Assembly (NCBI GenBank): GCA_002269645.1
Contig: NIVC01000800.1
Coordinates: 124,001 to 188,000 of the forward strand
From: Macrostomum lignano
Lineage: Eukaryota
Direction of reading: 5' to 3'
DNA: 64,000 nucleotides
The notes beneath the pieces are model-generated. The model was not told where the DNA came from. It saw only the letters and a program-made list of their open reading frames with translations, and ran no database searches. Numbering within the stretch: the stretch's first letter is position 1; each line of letters opens with the position of its first letter. A program made the translations under genes and the position numbers. Shown here piece after piece: positions 1 through 11,799 of this stretch.

Positions 1-980
1 AACCTTCGAGGTCATTCTGTCTGGCAAGCTGCGAGCTACTCCGAGCGACTCTTCGAGGTCATTCTGTCTGGAAAGTAATAACATGCGAGGACATACTGGA
101 GTTTGAAAAAATTAATTTCTTAACTTTCAGCGTCTACTAAAGGAGCTTAGAATAAGTAAACAAGAGCGTTTGTCTTCTTTCTGCCCCTGCCTCTCGGTCT
201 GCCAGTCTGTCTTCTGTATGCTTCGCATTGGAAGGCTCAAGTCATAAAGTGAGGGAGGTCCAATGTCTTGAAGAATACAAAATCGATGCTTTGAGACAAG
301 AGACGGTGCGCGCACCAGTGGGCTGCACTGCAAGTCTGCAACAAATTGGCTCCTAGAAGCAACACACTATAGCTACGCCCCCCGCATATTTTTATTGCTT
401 CTTCCGTTCTTCATTCACTCCTGTGAATTCCGAAACTGCAAAATAAAGAGCTGAAGGCAGTCATTTTTTTAGATCTAAACAAATATACGAGTAACGTAAA
501 GTCTCGACAACAACAGTGCCGTTCGGTTTTGATGAAGCTAAAACAACAAAGTCTATTTTTTATTTAAATTCGTCAACGTATTTTGTTTTACTAATGTTTC
601 TATCTGAAAGGAGCATATCGCACACTGTAACACAAAGTTTCATAGAATATTCCAAATTCCAAGGACAAAGTTGCTGACAGTTTAAGTGCTACTTCTAAGC
701 ATTTAGTGAGTAAAAATGAAAACTGTGTTCAAAACTCACGCTAACTAATAAACTAATAAATAAACGAAGTTTCATTTTCTAAACGAATATTGTCCAGACC
801 TACATATATATAAGCTATGCTTCACTCTAACAGTAGCAAACTAAACTGAACAGGGGTTAGTAGGAACAACGGGACTCGCACACGCGCACAAATGTGCAAT
901 GAAAGTGCAACTTACAGTACGCGGCTATCAGTTCGCTAGTGAACTTTATCGAACAATCAGTTAATCAAACTCGATGGGGT

Positions 981-1902
981 TCAATAAGCCCGAATCTTCG
1001 GCGGCACTGTCGGGCAGTCCTTCTGGTCGAGGGTCTTGTCAATGACCGGCCGGTACTTGAGCGTCACCTTGCCGGTGGCCTCGTCCATGAAGCACAGCGT
1101 GTGCTTGCGCCAGTGCTGCTCGAACGGCCGCTTGGTCTGGCCATCGGTCGGCTTGGTGTAGTCGAACTCGTCGATTCGATCTTTGAAGTCTTCGCGGGCG
1201 TGGGCGCCGCGCGACTCATTGCGGGCCTCGGCAGCGTACACAGTCTGCGTTGAGATGGCGGGAGCGGCTGGGTTTCACGGTTGAGATTAGATTTAATTGC
1301 GGGGGGGGGGCAGGTAAGATTAGAGATAAAAGGTGCGATGATATTTAGGGGTGACATAAGAGTCGAAAGATGAAACCTGGATGCGAAGTCTGAGAAGAGA
1401 TTCTAAGGGAAGGAGAAGGGCTTACCTGTCCAGCATTGAGCATCAGATTCTGCAGCTCCAGCGTCTCAACCAGATCGGAGTTCCAAATCAGGCTGCGGTC
1501 GGTGACCTTCAGATCGGCCATCCGTTTGTAGATCGCGTCGAACTCCTGGCAGCCGCGCTTCAGGGTGGGGCCGTCGCGGAACACGGCGGCGTTGCTCTGC
1601 ATGGCCTTCTGCAGGTCCAGCCGCAGCTGCGCCGTTGGGGTGTCGCCTTTGGCGTTGCGCAGCCGGTCGATGTTGGCTACGGAGGCCTCACCGGAGTCGG
1701 AGCGGAGGGGCGCCTGCTTCTCCCCAGGCCGGTTCTCCTTGGCGATGGTGTGCGCGCAGGCGCGGCCGAACACGACCAGATCCAGCAGAGAGTTGGCGCC
1801 GAGGCGGTTGGCGCCGTGCACCGACACGCAGGCGGCCTCGCCAGCGGCGTACAGGCCGGGGATCACCACGTCGGAGCCTTTCTGGGCATCGTAGGTGATG
1901 GC
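981..1902 (-). pseudogene. SDHA: Second orphan duplicate of SDHA exons 3-4 (exon 3 1426-1902, exon 4 981-1244)
   Basis: Same as above, offset 7474-7475 bp. Confidence 0.9.
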
Positions 1903-1919
1903 CTGCGGGAGGGGGACAG

Positions 1920-2232
1920 GAGACTGGCTATGAATCTAATGAGACTGGCTATCAATCTAATGAGACTGGCTATCAATCTAATGAGACTGGCTATCAATCT
2001 CATGAGACTGGCTATCAATCTCATGAGACTGGCTATCAATCTAATGAGACTGGCTATCAATCTAATGAGACTGGCTATCAATTTAATGAGACTGGCTATC
2101 AATCTAATGAGACTGGCTATCAATCTAATGAGACTGGCTATCAATCTAATATCTAATGAGACTGGCTATCAATCTAATGAGACTGGCTATCAATCTAATA
2201 TCTAATGAGACTGGTTATCAATCTAATGAGAC
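1920..2232. repeat. 21-bp minisatellite (GAGACTGGCTATCAATCTAAT), truncated copy, about 14 units
   Basis: Direct reading; same motif as SDHA intron 2. Confidence 0.97.
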
Positions 2233-4908
2233 AAGTTTGACTGTTTCAGAGAAGAACAAGAAGAGGATGATTGTAGGCGGCTCCGAGAGCTCCCTACCGC
2301 CTCAGTTTAGAAGTGAGTATCAGCGCCATGACTCACAATGGCGACATTTCTGACACACTTTAGCATGCAATTCATCAACAAGTTTGACTGTTTCAGAGAA
2401 GAACAAGAAGAGGATGATTGTAGGCGGCTCCGAGAGCTCCCTGCCGCCTCAGTTTAGAAGTGAGTATCAGCGCCATGACTCACAATGGCGACATTTCTGA
2501 CACAATAGCATGCAATTCATCAACAAGTTTGACTGTTTCAGAGAAGAACAAGAAGAGGATGATTGTAGGCGGCTCCGAGAGCTCCCTGCCGCCTCAGTTT
2601 AGAAGTGAGTATCAGCGCCATGACTCACAATGGCGACATTTCTGACACACTAGCATGCAATTCATCAACAAGTTTGACTGTTTCAGAGAAGAACAAGAAG
2701 AGGATGATTGTAGGCGGCTCCGAGAGCTCCCTGCCGCCTCAGTTTAGAAGTGAGTATCAGCGCCATGACTCACAATGGCGACATTTCTGACACACTAGCA
2801 TGCAATTCATCAACAAGTTTGACTGTTTCAGAGAAGAACAAGAAGAGGATGATTGTAGGCGGCTCCGAGAGCTCCCTGCCGCCTCAGTTTAGAAGTGAGT
2901 ATCAGCGCCATGACTCACAATGGCGACATTTCTGACACACTAGCATGCAATTCATCAACAAGTTTGACTGTTTCAGAGAAGAACAAGAAGAGGATGATTG
3001 TAGGCGGCTCCGAGAGCTCCCTGCCACCTCAGTTTAGAAGTGAGTATCAGCGCCATGACTCACAATGGCGACATTTCTGACACACTAGCATGCAATTCAT
3101 CAACAAGTTTGACTGTTTCAGAGAAGAACAAGAAGAGGATGATTGTAGGCGGCTCCGAGAGCTCCCTGCCGCCTCAGTTTAGAAGTGAGTATCAGCGCCA
3201 TGACTCACAATGGCGACATTTCTGACACACTAGCATGCAATTCATCAACAAGTTTGACTGTTTCAGAGAAGAACAAGAAGAGGATGATTGTAGGCGGCTC
3301 CGAGAGCTCCCTGCCACCTCAGTTTAGAAGTGAGTATCAGCGCCATGACTCACAATGGCGACATTTCTGACACACTAGCATGCAATTCATCAACAAGTTT
3401 GACTGTTTCAGAGAAGAACAAGAAGAGGATGATTGTAGGCGGCTCCGAGAGCTCCCTGCCGCCTCAGTTTAGAAGTGAGTATCAGCGCCATGACTCACAA
3501 TGGCGACATTTCTGACACACTTTAGCATGCAATTCATCAACAAGTTTGACTGTTTCAGAGAAGAACAAGAAGAGGATGATTGTAGGCGGCTCCGAGAGCT
3601 CCCTGCCGCCTCAGTTTAGAAGTGAGTATCAGCGCCATGACTCACAATGGCGACATTTCTGACACAATAGCATGCAATTCATCAACAAGTTTGACTGTTT
3701 CAGAGAAGAACAAGAAGAGGATGATTGTAGGCGGCTCCGAGAGCTCCCTGCCGCCTCAGTTTAGAAGTGAGTATCAGCGCCATGACTCACAATGGCGACA
3801 TTTCTGACACACTAGCATGCAATTCATCAACAAGTTTGACTGTTTCAGAGAAGAACAAGAAGAGGATGATTGTAGGCGGCTCCGAGAGCTCCCTGCCGCC
3901 TCAGTTTAGAAGTGAGTATCAGCGCCATGACTCACAATGGCGACATTTCTGACACACTTTAGCATGCAATTCATCAACAAGTTTGACTGTTTCAGAGAAG
4001 AACAAGAAGAGGATGATTGTAGGCGGCTCCGAGAGCTCCCTGCCGCCTCAGTTTAGAAGTGAGTATCAGCGCCATGACTCACAATGGCGACATTTCTGAC
4101 ACAATAGCATGCAATTCATCAACAAGTTTGACTGTTTCAGAGAAGAACAAGAAGAGGATGATTGTAGGCGGCTCCGAGAGCTCCCTGCCGCCTCAGTTTA
4201 GAAGTGAGTATCAGCGCCATGACTCACAATGGCGACATTTCTGACACACTAGCATGCAATTCATCAACAAGTTTGACTGTTTCAGAGAAGAACAAGAAGA
4301 GGATGATTGTAGGCGGCTCCGAGAGCTCCCTGCCGCCTCAGTTTAGAAGTGAGTATCAGCGCCATGACTCACAATGGCGACATTTCTGACACACTAGCAT
4401 GCAATTCATCAACAAGTTTGACTGTTTCAGAGAAGAACAAGAAGAGGATGATTGTAGGCGGCTCCGAGAGCTCCCTACCGCCTCAGTTTAGAAGTGAGTA
4501 TCAGCGCCATGACTCACAATGGCGACATTTCTGACACACTTTAGCATGCAATTCATCAACAAGTTTGACTGTTTCAGAGAAGAACAAGAAGAGGATGATT
4601 GTAGGCGGCTCCGAGAGCTCCCTACCGCCTCAGTTTAGAAGTGAGTATCAGCGCCATGACTCACAATGGCGACATTTCTGACACACTTTAGCATGCAATT
4701 CATCAACAAGTTTGACTGTTTCAGAGAAGAACAAGAAGAGGATGATTGTAGGCGGCTCCGAGAGCTCCCTGCCGCCTCAGTTTAGAAGTGAGTATCAGCG
4801 CCATGACTCACAATGGCGACATTTCTGACACACTAGCATGCAATTCATCAACAAGTTTGACTGTTTCAGAGAAGAACAAGAAGAGGATGATTGTAGGCGG
4901 CTCCGAGA
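2232..4908 (+). repeat. 145/147-bp tandem array; each unit = 63-nt exon + 82/84-nt GT-AG intron (18 internal exons, first at 2250-2312)
   Basis: Every unit has tttgactgtttcAG|, a 63-nt segment, |GTGAGT and an intronic CTGAC branch-like motif. Only one frame is open (KKNKKRMIVGGSESSLPPQFR). Confidence 0.8.
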
Positions 4909-5051
4909 GAAACGAATCTAATAAGAAGAAAAAAGTTCAAGTACACAAGGCCGGCGGAAATGGCGAGAAAAAGTCCGGCGGGAGAGCTGCCAAAAAGCAG
5001 CATCTGAAGGGACCCAGCAAAGGAAAGCCGCAGGGCAAGCATCAGCCTTAA
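4870..5051 (+). CDS. Terminal coding exon of unidentified plus-strand gene (Lys/Gly-rich basic C-terminus), in frame with the repeat exons
   Basis: After the last AG: KNKKRMIVGGSERNESNKKKK...KGKPQGKHQP-TAA, then G|GTAGGT donor (5053) and ttttctttcAG acceptor (5236), i.e. a likely 3'UTR intron. Confidence 0.65.
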
Positions 5052-6369
5052 GGTAGGTAGGCCCTATGGAATTACATTTATGGGTGAGTGTTGAAAATAT
5101 TTTGAATCTGATTGCAAAGCGAAACTACTAACTGATGAAGTGCCCGGAGAGACAGGTCATAACAAGTGACTAGTTTATTTATTAGCATTTTAGAAATACT
5201 TCGTGCATGCTGACCCTTTCTACTCTTTTCTTTCAGGTGCCGACGGTTAAAGTCAGAATTTAATTCTGCGAGGCTGATGATACGAAACATGACCAGACAA
5301 ACTATGACAATTATTTTCCTTGATTCGGTAAAAGTGAACAAACGTTTCTTTTTTCTCCCCGATAATTCGCATCCAGTCGCTTTTTGGAAGCGCGCAGCCT
5401 TCAACGTAACTATTATGCGATGGAGGAAGGAAATAAATTAAGCCAGAACTCAATAACGAACCCTTTCGATTCCTAAAGTGTGGCAGTGGTTATTCAAGCA
5501 AATTTCCAAGAAAATATTAATTGTTTGTGCTATTTTATTTCAGGAAACGAAACTAATCGGATTTCTTAATTTACAATTTCCAACTCTTGACAAAGCTTTA
5601 CGCCAAGAGTACATGTATTTCTGAAGGGCTTTTCATGTATATCAGTACTCTGTGTATGTTCTGTTTCAGATTTAGCGATTTCTGCATTAATGAGATGAAG
5701 GATTTTAATGAATTGTTGTTAGTTTGGCTAGCCTTTAACCTGCCTAGCTGTCTGAGGAACCTGTCACAAGCGTACCGATCGAGGCTATGCGTGTGCTGTT
5801 TGTTGTTGTTAAACGGGGTGCTAGCGGGATCAGCCCAAGTGACGTTGGCTCCACCGCTTGAACAGACAACCTCAAGATTGAATCCCTTCAGTGGGGATCG
5901 GAGCCGTTGAAAGATTTGGAAACTCCTGCAGGATTTGTTGTCCTCACTGCAAAGGCTCATAATTACGAATATTTTCACGGCTTGGCTCCGCTAATCCAAG
6001 CTCAGTGGACCCGCAATCTCGGCCAGACACAAGTGAAATTTAACTATCCATCAGGCAGGGTCGAACGTGAGCGGACGACACAAAGAGCGAGATCAATGGC
6101 GCCATCCGCGGGCACTTGGTCCAGCTCCCGCAAACAGGTGCATGAGAGCCTTGCCTACACATGTGCTTTACGGCAATATATCACATGTACGAGTATTTAC
6201 ATGCATATTATTACATGCAAGGGCAACTATGAGGATATAGTTAACCCACAGACTGCAGCCTGAATTGCCGCACTCATCTCGCAAAAGTACACGGGGTGTC
6301 TGGAGTTCTGACACTTAAACCCAGAGATAAAAAGGGAGATTTGGTGTCATTTTGAAGCGGCGCATTCTT

Positions 6370-6725
6370 TATTATTATTAGAGGCAGGGGGGTTGTGTGC
6401 ACCCTGGCGCACTTTAAGCGACATAGGCACACAACCGGCGAGAGGCATTACTGCCCATTCCGCCGACTCCCCTGAGCAGGCACACAAGCGCGCGGATACG
6501 TACGCAGGCACACACTCACACAGGAGTGTACAGCGGCCCTAACTTTATTTTTATCGTTAGGCATGTACACTTCACTGCGCCTTGGGGGCTCTCAAGGCCG
6601 TTAATTGCACGAGCAGAGCCAAGCCGAGATTCTAATTCAGACCCAAATTAATGCGACTGCACTTGGAATCGAGCCTGGGTCGCTGGCACACCAGAGCCTG
6701 CGCTACCGCTGGGCTACGGCCCCCC
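6370..6725 (-). mobile_element. tRNA-derived SINE (family A), full length, 13-bp TSD
   Basis: Minus-strand head GGGGCCGTAGCCCAGCGG (A box) ...GGCTCGATTCC (B box); (AAT)n tail; GCGGCGCATTCTT at 6357-6369 and 6726-6738. Confidence 0.85.
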
Positions 6726-6849
6726 GCGGCGCATTCTTCCTAGTATATTAAATCTCGCATATTTTGGTCATTTCATTTAAAATTTGCTTTATAAAGCATC
6801 GCAATGTCACTGATAGTCTAGCGAAATTGACAACCTACATAGAAAGTGA

Positions 6850-7300
6850 TGGTTTGCCCCTCATGGATAAACCTTCTTAACATAGTCGTCACATGTAGCA
6901 ACTCGCTTCTTCCACCGCTTGAGCATGGATGGCGTCAGTCGCATCGAAATAGCTTTGGCTTGAAAGACCTTGGGAAAGAATTCATCGGACCTTGTCTTAA
7001 AACGGCTCTTCAGCTGCAGAAAAATAAAGAAATCGGCAGGCTCCAGATCCGTTGAGTGTAGATTTTGAAAATCATCTACTAATTTGCTTTTTGGTTTGAT
7101 AGCGGCCTACGTTGGTTCACAGACAGTTTCGATCTAGTGCAGTAAATCATGCCGTTTACCTGATGGGCAAGTTCACGTTCATCTCGTAGTCGTATTACAT
7201 CAAGGTGCAAAATGCGCTGCACAATGACGCATCCATCGGAAACGACACTAGACACATTGGAAATGAAGTTTGTAAGTTGTTTTTTTTAAGCAAACCCCTC
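6850..7300 (-). mobile_element. Degenerate Tc1/mariner transposase C-terminal relic
   Basis: Minus-strand translation HSTDLEPADFFIFLQLK...MLKRWKKRVATCDDYVKK resembles mariner YSPDLAPxDFFLFxxLK...KRWxKCxxxxGDYxEK. Upstream part is disrupted, no TIRs seen. Confidence 0.5.
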
Positions 7301-8454
7301 ACCGTTTTTGAGCACAATTCTTCGCAAAGCAACCGTTTAAGCTATTTCCGGCTCAGCTGGACCAAGAGTGGCAATTCTATTCTCCCATAACTCCTTTTTT
7401 CCCAGCCTTCTCCGACTGTAGCTTAGCCAGGGATAGCATTCAATTGCCAGCCAGCAGACCATGCAAAACAATGAAACCTTCGAGGTCATTCTGTCTGGCA
7501 AGCTGCGAGCTACTCCGAGCGACTCTTCGAGGTCATTCTGTCTGGAAAGTAATAACATGCGAGGACATACTGGAGTTTGAAAAAATTAATTTCTTAACTT
7601 TCAGCGTCTACTAAAGGAGCTTAGAATAAGTAAACAAGAGCGTTTGTCTTCTTTCTGCCCCTGCCTCTCGGTCTGCCAGTCTGTCTTCTGTATGCTTCGC
7701 ATTGGAAGGCTCAAGTCATAAAGTGAGGGAGGTCCAATGTCTTGAAGAATACAAAATCGATGCTTTGAGACAAGAGACGGTGCGCGCACCAGTGGGCTGC
7801 ACTGCAAGTCTGCAACAAATTGGCTCCTAGAAGCAACACACTATAGCTACGCCCCCCGCATATTTTTATTGCTTCTTCCGTTCTTCATTCACTCCTGTGA
7901 ATTCCGAAACTGCAAAATAAAGAGCTGAAGGCAGTCATTTTTTTAGATCTAAACAAATATACGAGTAACGTAAAGTCTCGACAACAACAGTGCCGTTCGG
8001 TTTTGATGAAGCTAAAACAACAAAGTCTATTTTTTATTTAAATTCGTCAACGTATTTTGTTTTACTAATGTTTCTATCTGAAAGGAGCATATCGCACACT
8101 GTAACACAAAGTTTCATAGAATATTCCAAATTCCAAGGACAAAGTTGCTGACAGTTTAAGTGCTACTTCTAAGCATTTAGTGAGTAAAAATGAAAACTGT
8201 GTTCAAAACTCACGCTAACTAATAAACTAATAAATAAACGAAGTTTCATTTTCTAAACGAATATTGTCCAGACCTACATATATATAAGCTATGCTTCACT
8301 CTAACAGTAGCAAACTAAACTGAACAGGGGTTAGTAGGAACAACGGGACTCGCACACGCGCACAAATGTGCAATGAAAGTGCAACTTACAGTACGCGGCT
8401 ATCAGTTCGCTAGTGAACTTTATCGAACAATCAGTTAATCAAACTCGATGGGGT

Positions 8455-9377
8455 TCAATAAGCCCGAATCTTCGGCGGCACTGTCGGGCAGTCCTTCTGG
8501 TCGAGGGTCTTGTCAATGACCGGCCGGTACTTGAGCGTCACCTTGCCGGTGGCCTCGTCCATGAAGCACAGCGTGTGCTTGCGCCAGTGCTGCTCGAACG
8601 GCCGCTTGGTCTGGCCATCGGTCGGCTTGGTGTAGTCGAACTCGTCGATTCGATCTTTGAAGTCTTCGCGGGCGTGGGCGCCGCGCGACTCATTGCGGGC
8701 CTCGGCAGCGTACACAGTCTGCGTTGAGATGGCGGGAGCGGCTGGGTTTCACGGTTGAGATTAGATTTAATTGCGGGGGGGGGGGCAGGTAAGATTAGAG
8801 ATAAAAGGTGCGATGATATTTAGGGGTGACATAAGAGTCGAAAGATGAAACCTGGATGCGAAGTCTGAGAAGAGATTCTAAGGGAAGGAGAAGGGCTTAC
8901 CTGTCCAGCATTGAGCATCAGATTCTGCAGCTCCAGCGTCTCAACCAGATCGGAGTTCCAAATCAGGCTGCGGTCGGTGACCTTCAGATCGGCCATCCGT
9001 TTGTAGATCGCGTCGAACTCCTGGCAGCCGCGCTTCAGGGTGGGGCCGTCGCGGAACACGGCGGCGTTGCTCTGCATGGCCTTCTGCAGGTCCAGCCGCA
9101 GCTGCGCCGTTGGGGTGTCGCCTTTGGCGTTGCGCAGCCGGTCGATGTTGGCTACGGAGGCCTCACCGGAGTCGGAGCGGAGGGGCGCCTGCTTCTCCCC
9201 AGGCCGGTTCTCCTTGGCGATGGTGTGCGCGCAGGCGCGGCCGAACACGACCAGATCCAGCAGAGAGTTGGCGCCGAGGCGGTTGGCGCCGTGCACCGAC
9301 ACGCAGGCGGCCTCGCCAGCGGCGTACAGGCCGGGGATCACCACGTCGGAGCCTTTCTGGGCATCGTAGGTGATGGC
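8455..9377 (-). pseudogene. SDHA: Orphan duplicate of SDHA exons 3-4 (exon 3 8901-9377, exon 4 8455-8718); exons 1-2 absent
   Basis: Same translation and splice sites as 15204-16125. Upstream sequence switches from the 21-bp intron minisatellite to the 145-bp array instead of exon 2. Confidence 0.9.
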
Positions 9378-9394
9378 CTGCGGGAGGGGGACAG

Positions 9395-9707
9395 GAGACT
9401 GGCTATGAATCTAATGAGACTGGCTATCAATCTAATGAGACTGGCTATCAATCTAATGAGACTGGCTATCAATCTCATGAGACTGGCTATCAATCTCATG
9501 AGACTGGCTATCAATCTAATGAGACTGGCTATCAATCTAATGAGACTGGCTATCAATTTAATGAGACTGGCTATCAATCTAATGAGACTGGCTATCAATC
9601 TAATGAGACTGGCTATCAATCTAATATCTAATGAGACTGGCTATCAATCTAATGAGACTGGCTATCAATCTAATATCTAATGAGACTGGTTATCAATCTA
9701 ATGAGAC
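9395..9707. repeat. 21-bp minisatellite, truncated copy
   Basis: Identical to 1920-2232. Confidence 0.97.
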
Positions 9708-11656
9708 AAGTTTGACTGTTTCAGAGAAGAACAAGAAGAGGATGATTGTAGGCGGCTCCGAGAGCTCCCTACCGCCTCAGTTTAGAAGTGAGTATCAGCG
9801 CCATGACTCACAATGGCGACATTTCTGACACACTAGCATGCAATTCATCAACAAGTTTGACTGTTTCAGAGAAGAACAAGAAGAGGATGATTGTAGGCGG
9901 CTCCGAGAGCTCCCTGCCGCCTCAGTTTAGAAGTGAGTATCAGCGCCATGACTCACAATGGCGACATTTCTGACACAATAGCATGCAATTCATCAACAAG
10001 TTTGACTGTTTCAGAGAAGAACAAGAAGAGGATGATTGTAGGCGGCTCCGAGAGCTCCCTGCCGCCTCAGTTTAGAAGTGAGTATCAGCGCCATGACTCA
10101 CAATGGCGACATTTCTGACACACTAGCATGCAATTCATCAACAAGTTTGACTGTTTCAGAGAAGAACAAGAAGAGGATGATTGTAGGCGGCTCCGAGAGC
10201 TCCCTGCCGCCTCAGTTTAGAAGTGAGTATCAGCGCCATGACTCACAATGGCGACATTTCTGACACACTAGCATGCAATTCATCAACAAGTTTGACTGTT
10301 TCAGAGAAGAACAAGAAGAGGATGATTGTAGGCGGCTCCGAGAGCTCCCTGCCACCTCAGTTTAGAAGTGAGTATCAGCGCCATGACTCACAATGGCGAC
10401 ATTTCTGACACACTAGCATGCAATTCATCAACAAGTTTGACTGTTTCAGAGAAGAACAAGAAGAGGATGATTGTAGGCGGCTCCGAGAGCTCCCTACCGC
10501 CTCAGTTTAGAAGTGAGTATCAGCGCCATGACTCACAATGGCGACATTTCTGACACACTTTAGCATGCAATTCATCAACAAGTTTGACTGTTTCAGAGAA
10601 GAACAAGAAGAGGATGATTGTAGGCGGCTCCGAGAGCTCCCTGCCGCCTCAGTTTAGAAGTGAGTATCAGCGCCATGACTCACAATGGCGACATTTCTGA
10701 CACAATAGCATGCAATTCATCAACAAGTTTGACTGTTTCAGAGAAGAACAAGAAGAGGATGATTGTAGGCGGCTCCGAGAGCTCCCTGCCGCCTCAGTTT
10801 AGAAGTGAGTATCAGCGCCATGACTCACAATGGCGACATTTCTGACACACTAGCATGCAATTCATCAACAAGTTTGACTGTTTCAGAGAAGAACAAGAAG
10901 AGGATGATTGTAGGCGGCTCCGAGAGCTCCCTGCCGCCTCAGTTTAGAAGTGAGTATCAGCGCCATGACTCACAATGGCGACATTTCTGACACACTTTAG
11001 CATGCAATTCATCAACAAGTTTGACTGTTTCAGAGAAGAACAAGAAGAGGATGATTGTAGGCGGCTCCGAGAGCTCCCTGCCGCCTCAGTTTAGAAGTGA
11101 GTATCAGCGCCATGACTCACAATGGCGACATTTCTGACACAATAGCATGCAATTCATCAACAAGTTTGACTGTTTCAGAGAAGAACAAGAAGAGGATGAT
11201 TGTAGGCGGCTCCGAGAGCTCCCTGCCGCCTCAGTTTAGAAGTGAGTATCAGCGCCATGACTCACAATGGCGACATTTCTGACACACTTTAGCATGCAAT
11301 TCATCAACAAGTTTGACTGTTTCAGAGAAGAACAAGAAGAGGATGATTGTAGGCGGCTCCGAGAGCTCCCTACCGCCTCAGTTTAGAAGTGAGTATCAGC
11401 GCCATGACTCACAATGGCGACATTTCTGACACACTTTAGCATGCAATTCATCAACAAGTTTGACTGTTTCAGAGAAGAACAAGAAGAGGATGATTGTAGG
11501 CGGCTCCGAGAGCTCCCTGCCGCCTCAGTTTAGAAGTGAGTATCAGCGCCATGACTCACAATGGCGACATTTCTGACACACTAGCATGCAATTCATCAAC
11601 AAGTTTGACTGTTTCAGAGAAGAACAAGAAGAGGATGATTGTAGGCGGCTCCGAGA
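9707..11656 (+). repeat. Second 145/147-bp exon-intron array (13 internal exons, first at 9725-9787)
   Basis: Same unit as 2232-4908, different copy number and variant order. Confidence 0.8.
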
Positions 11657-11799
11657 GAAACGAATCTAATAAGAAGAAAAAAGTTCAAGTACACAAGGCC
11701 GGCGGAAATGGCGAGAAAAAGTCCGGCGGGAGAGCTGCCAAAAAGCAGCATCTGAAGGGACCCAGCAAAGGAAAGCCGCAGGGCAAGCATCAGCCTTAA
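11618..11799 (+). CDS. Second copy of the basic terminal exon
   Basis: Identical to 4870-5051. Confidence 0.65.

Noticed and set aside
4-71. 21-bp direct repeat CTTCGAGGTCATTCTGTCTGG as the TSD of an insertion
   Set aside because: Only about 27 bp between the copies and no element features; most simply a small local duplication.
2270-2310. Trypsin-like protease gene (IVGG motif)
   Set aside because: No downstream His/Asp/Ser catalytic motifs; the similarity covers only a few residues.
2460-4534. The many 61-aa ORFs MSISAMTHNG...
   Set aside because: They start at GTG of the splice donor and read through introns; artefacts of unspliced translation.
2232-4908. CRISPR array or ribozyme array (units contain hairpins AGGCGG/CCGCCT and CGCCAT/ATGGCG)
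   Set aside because: No unique spacers, eukaryotic context, and no complete hammerhead core (CUGAUGA + GAAA with matching stems) found on either strand.
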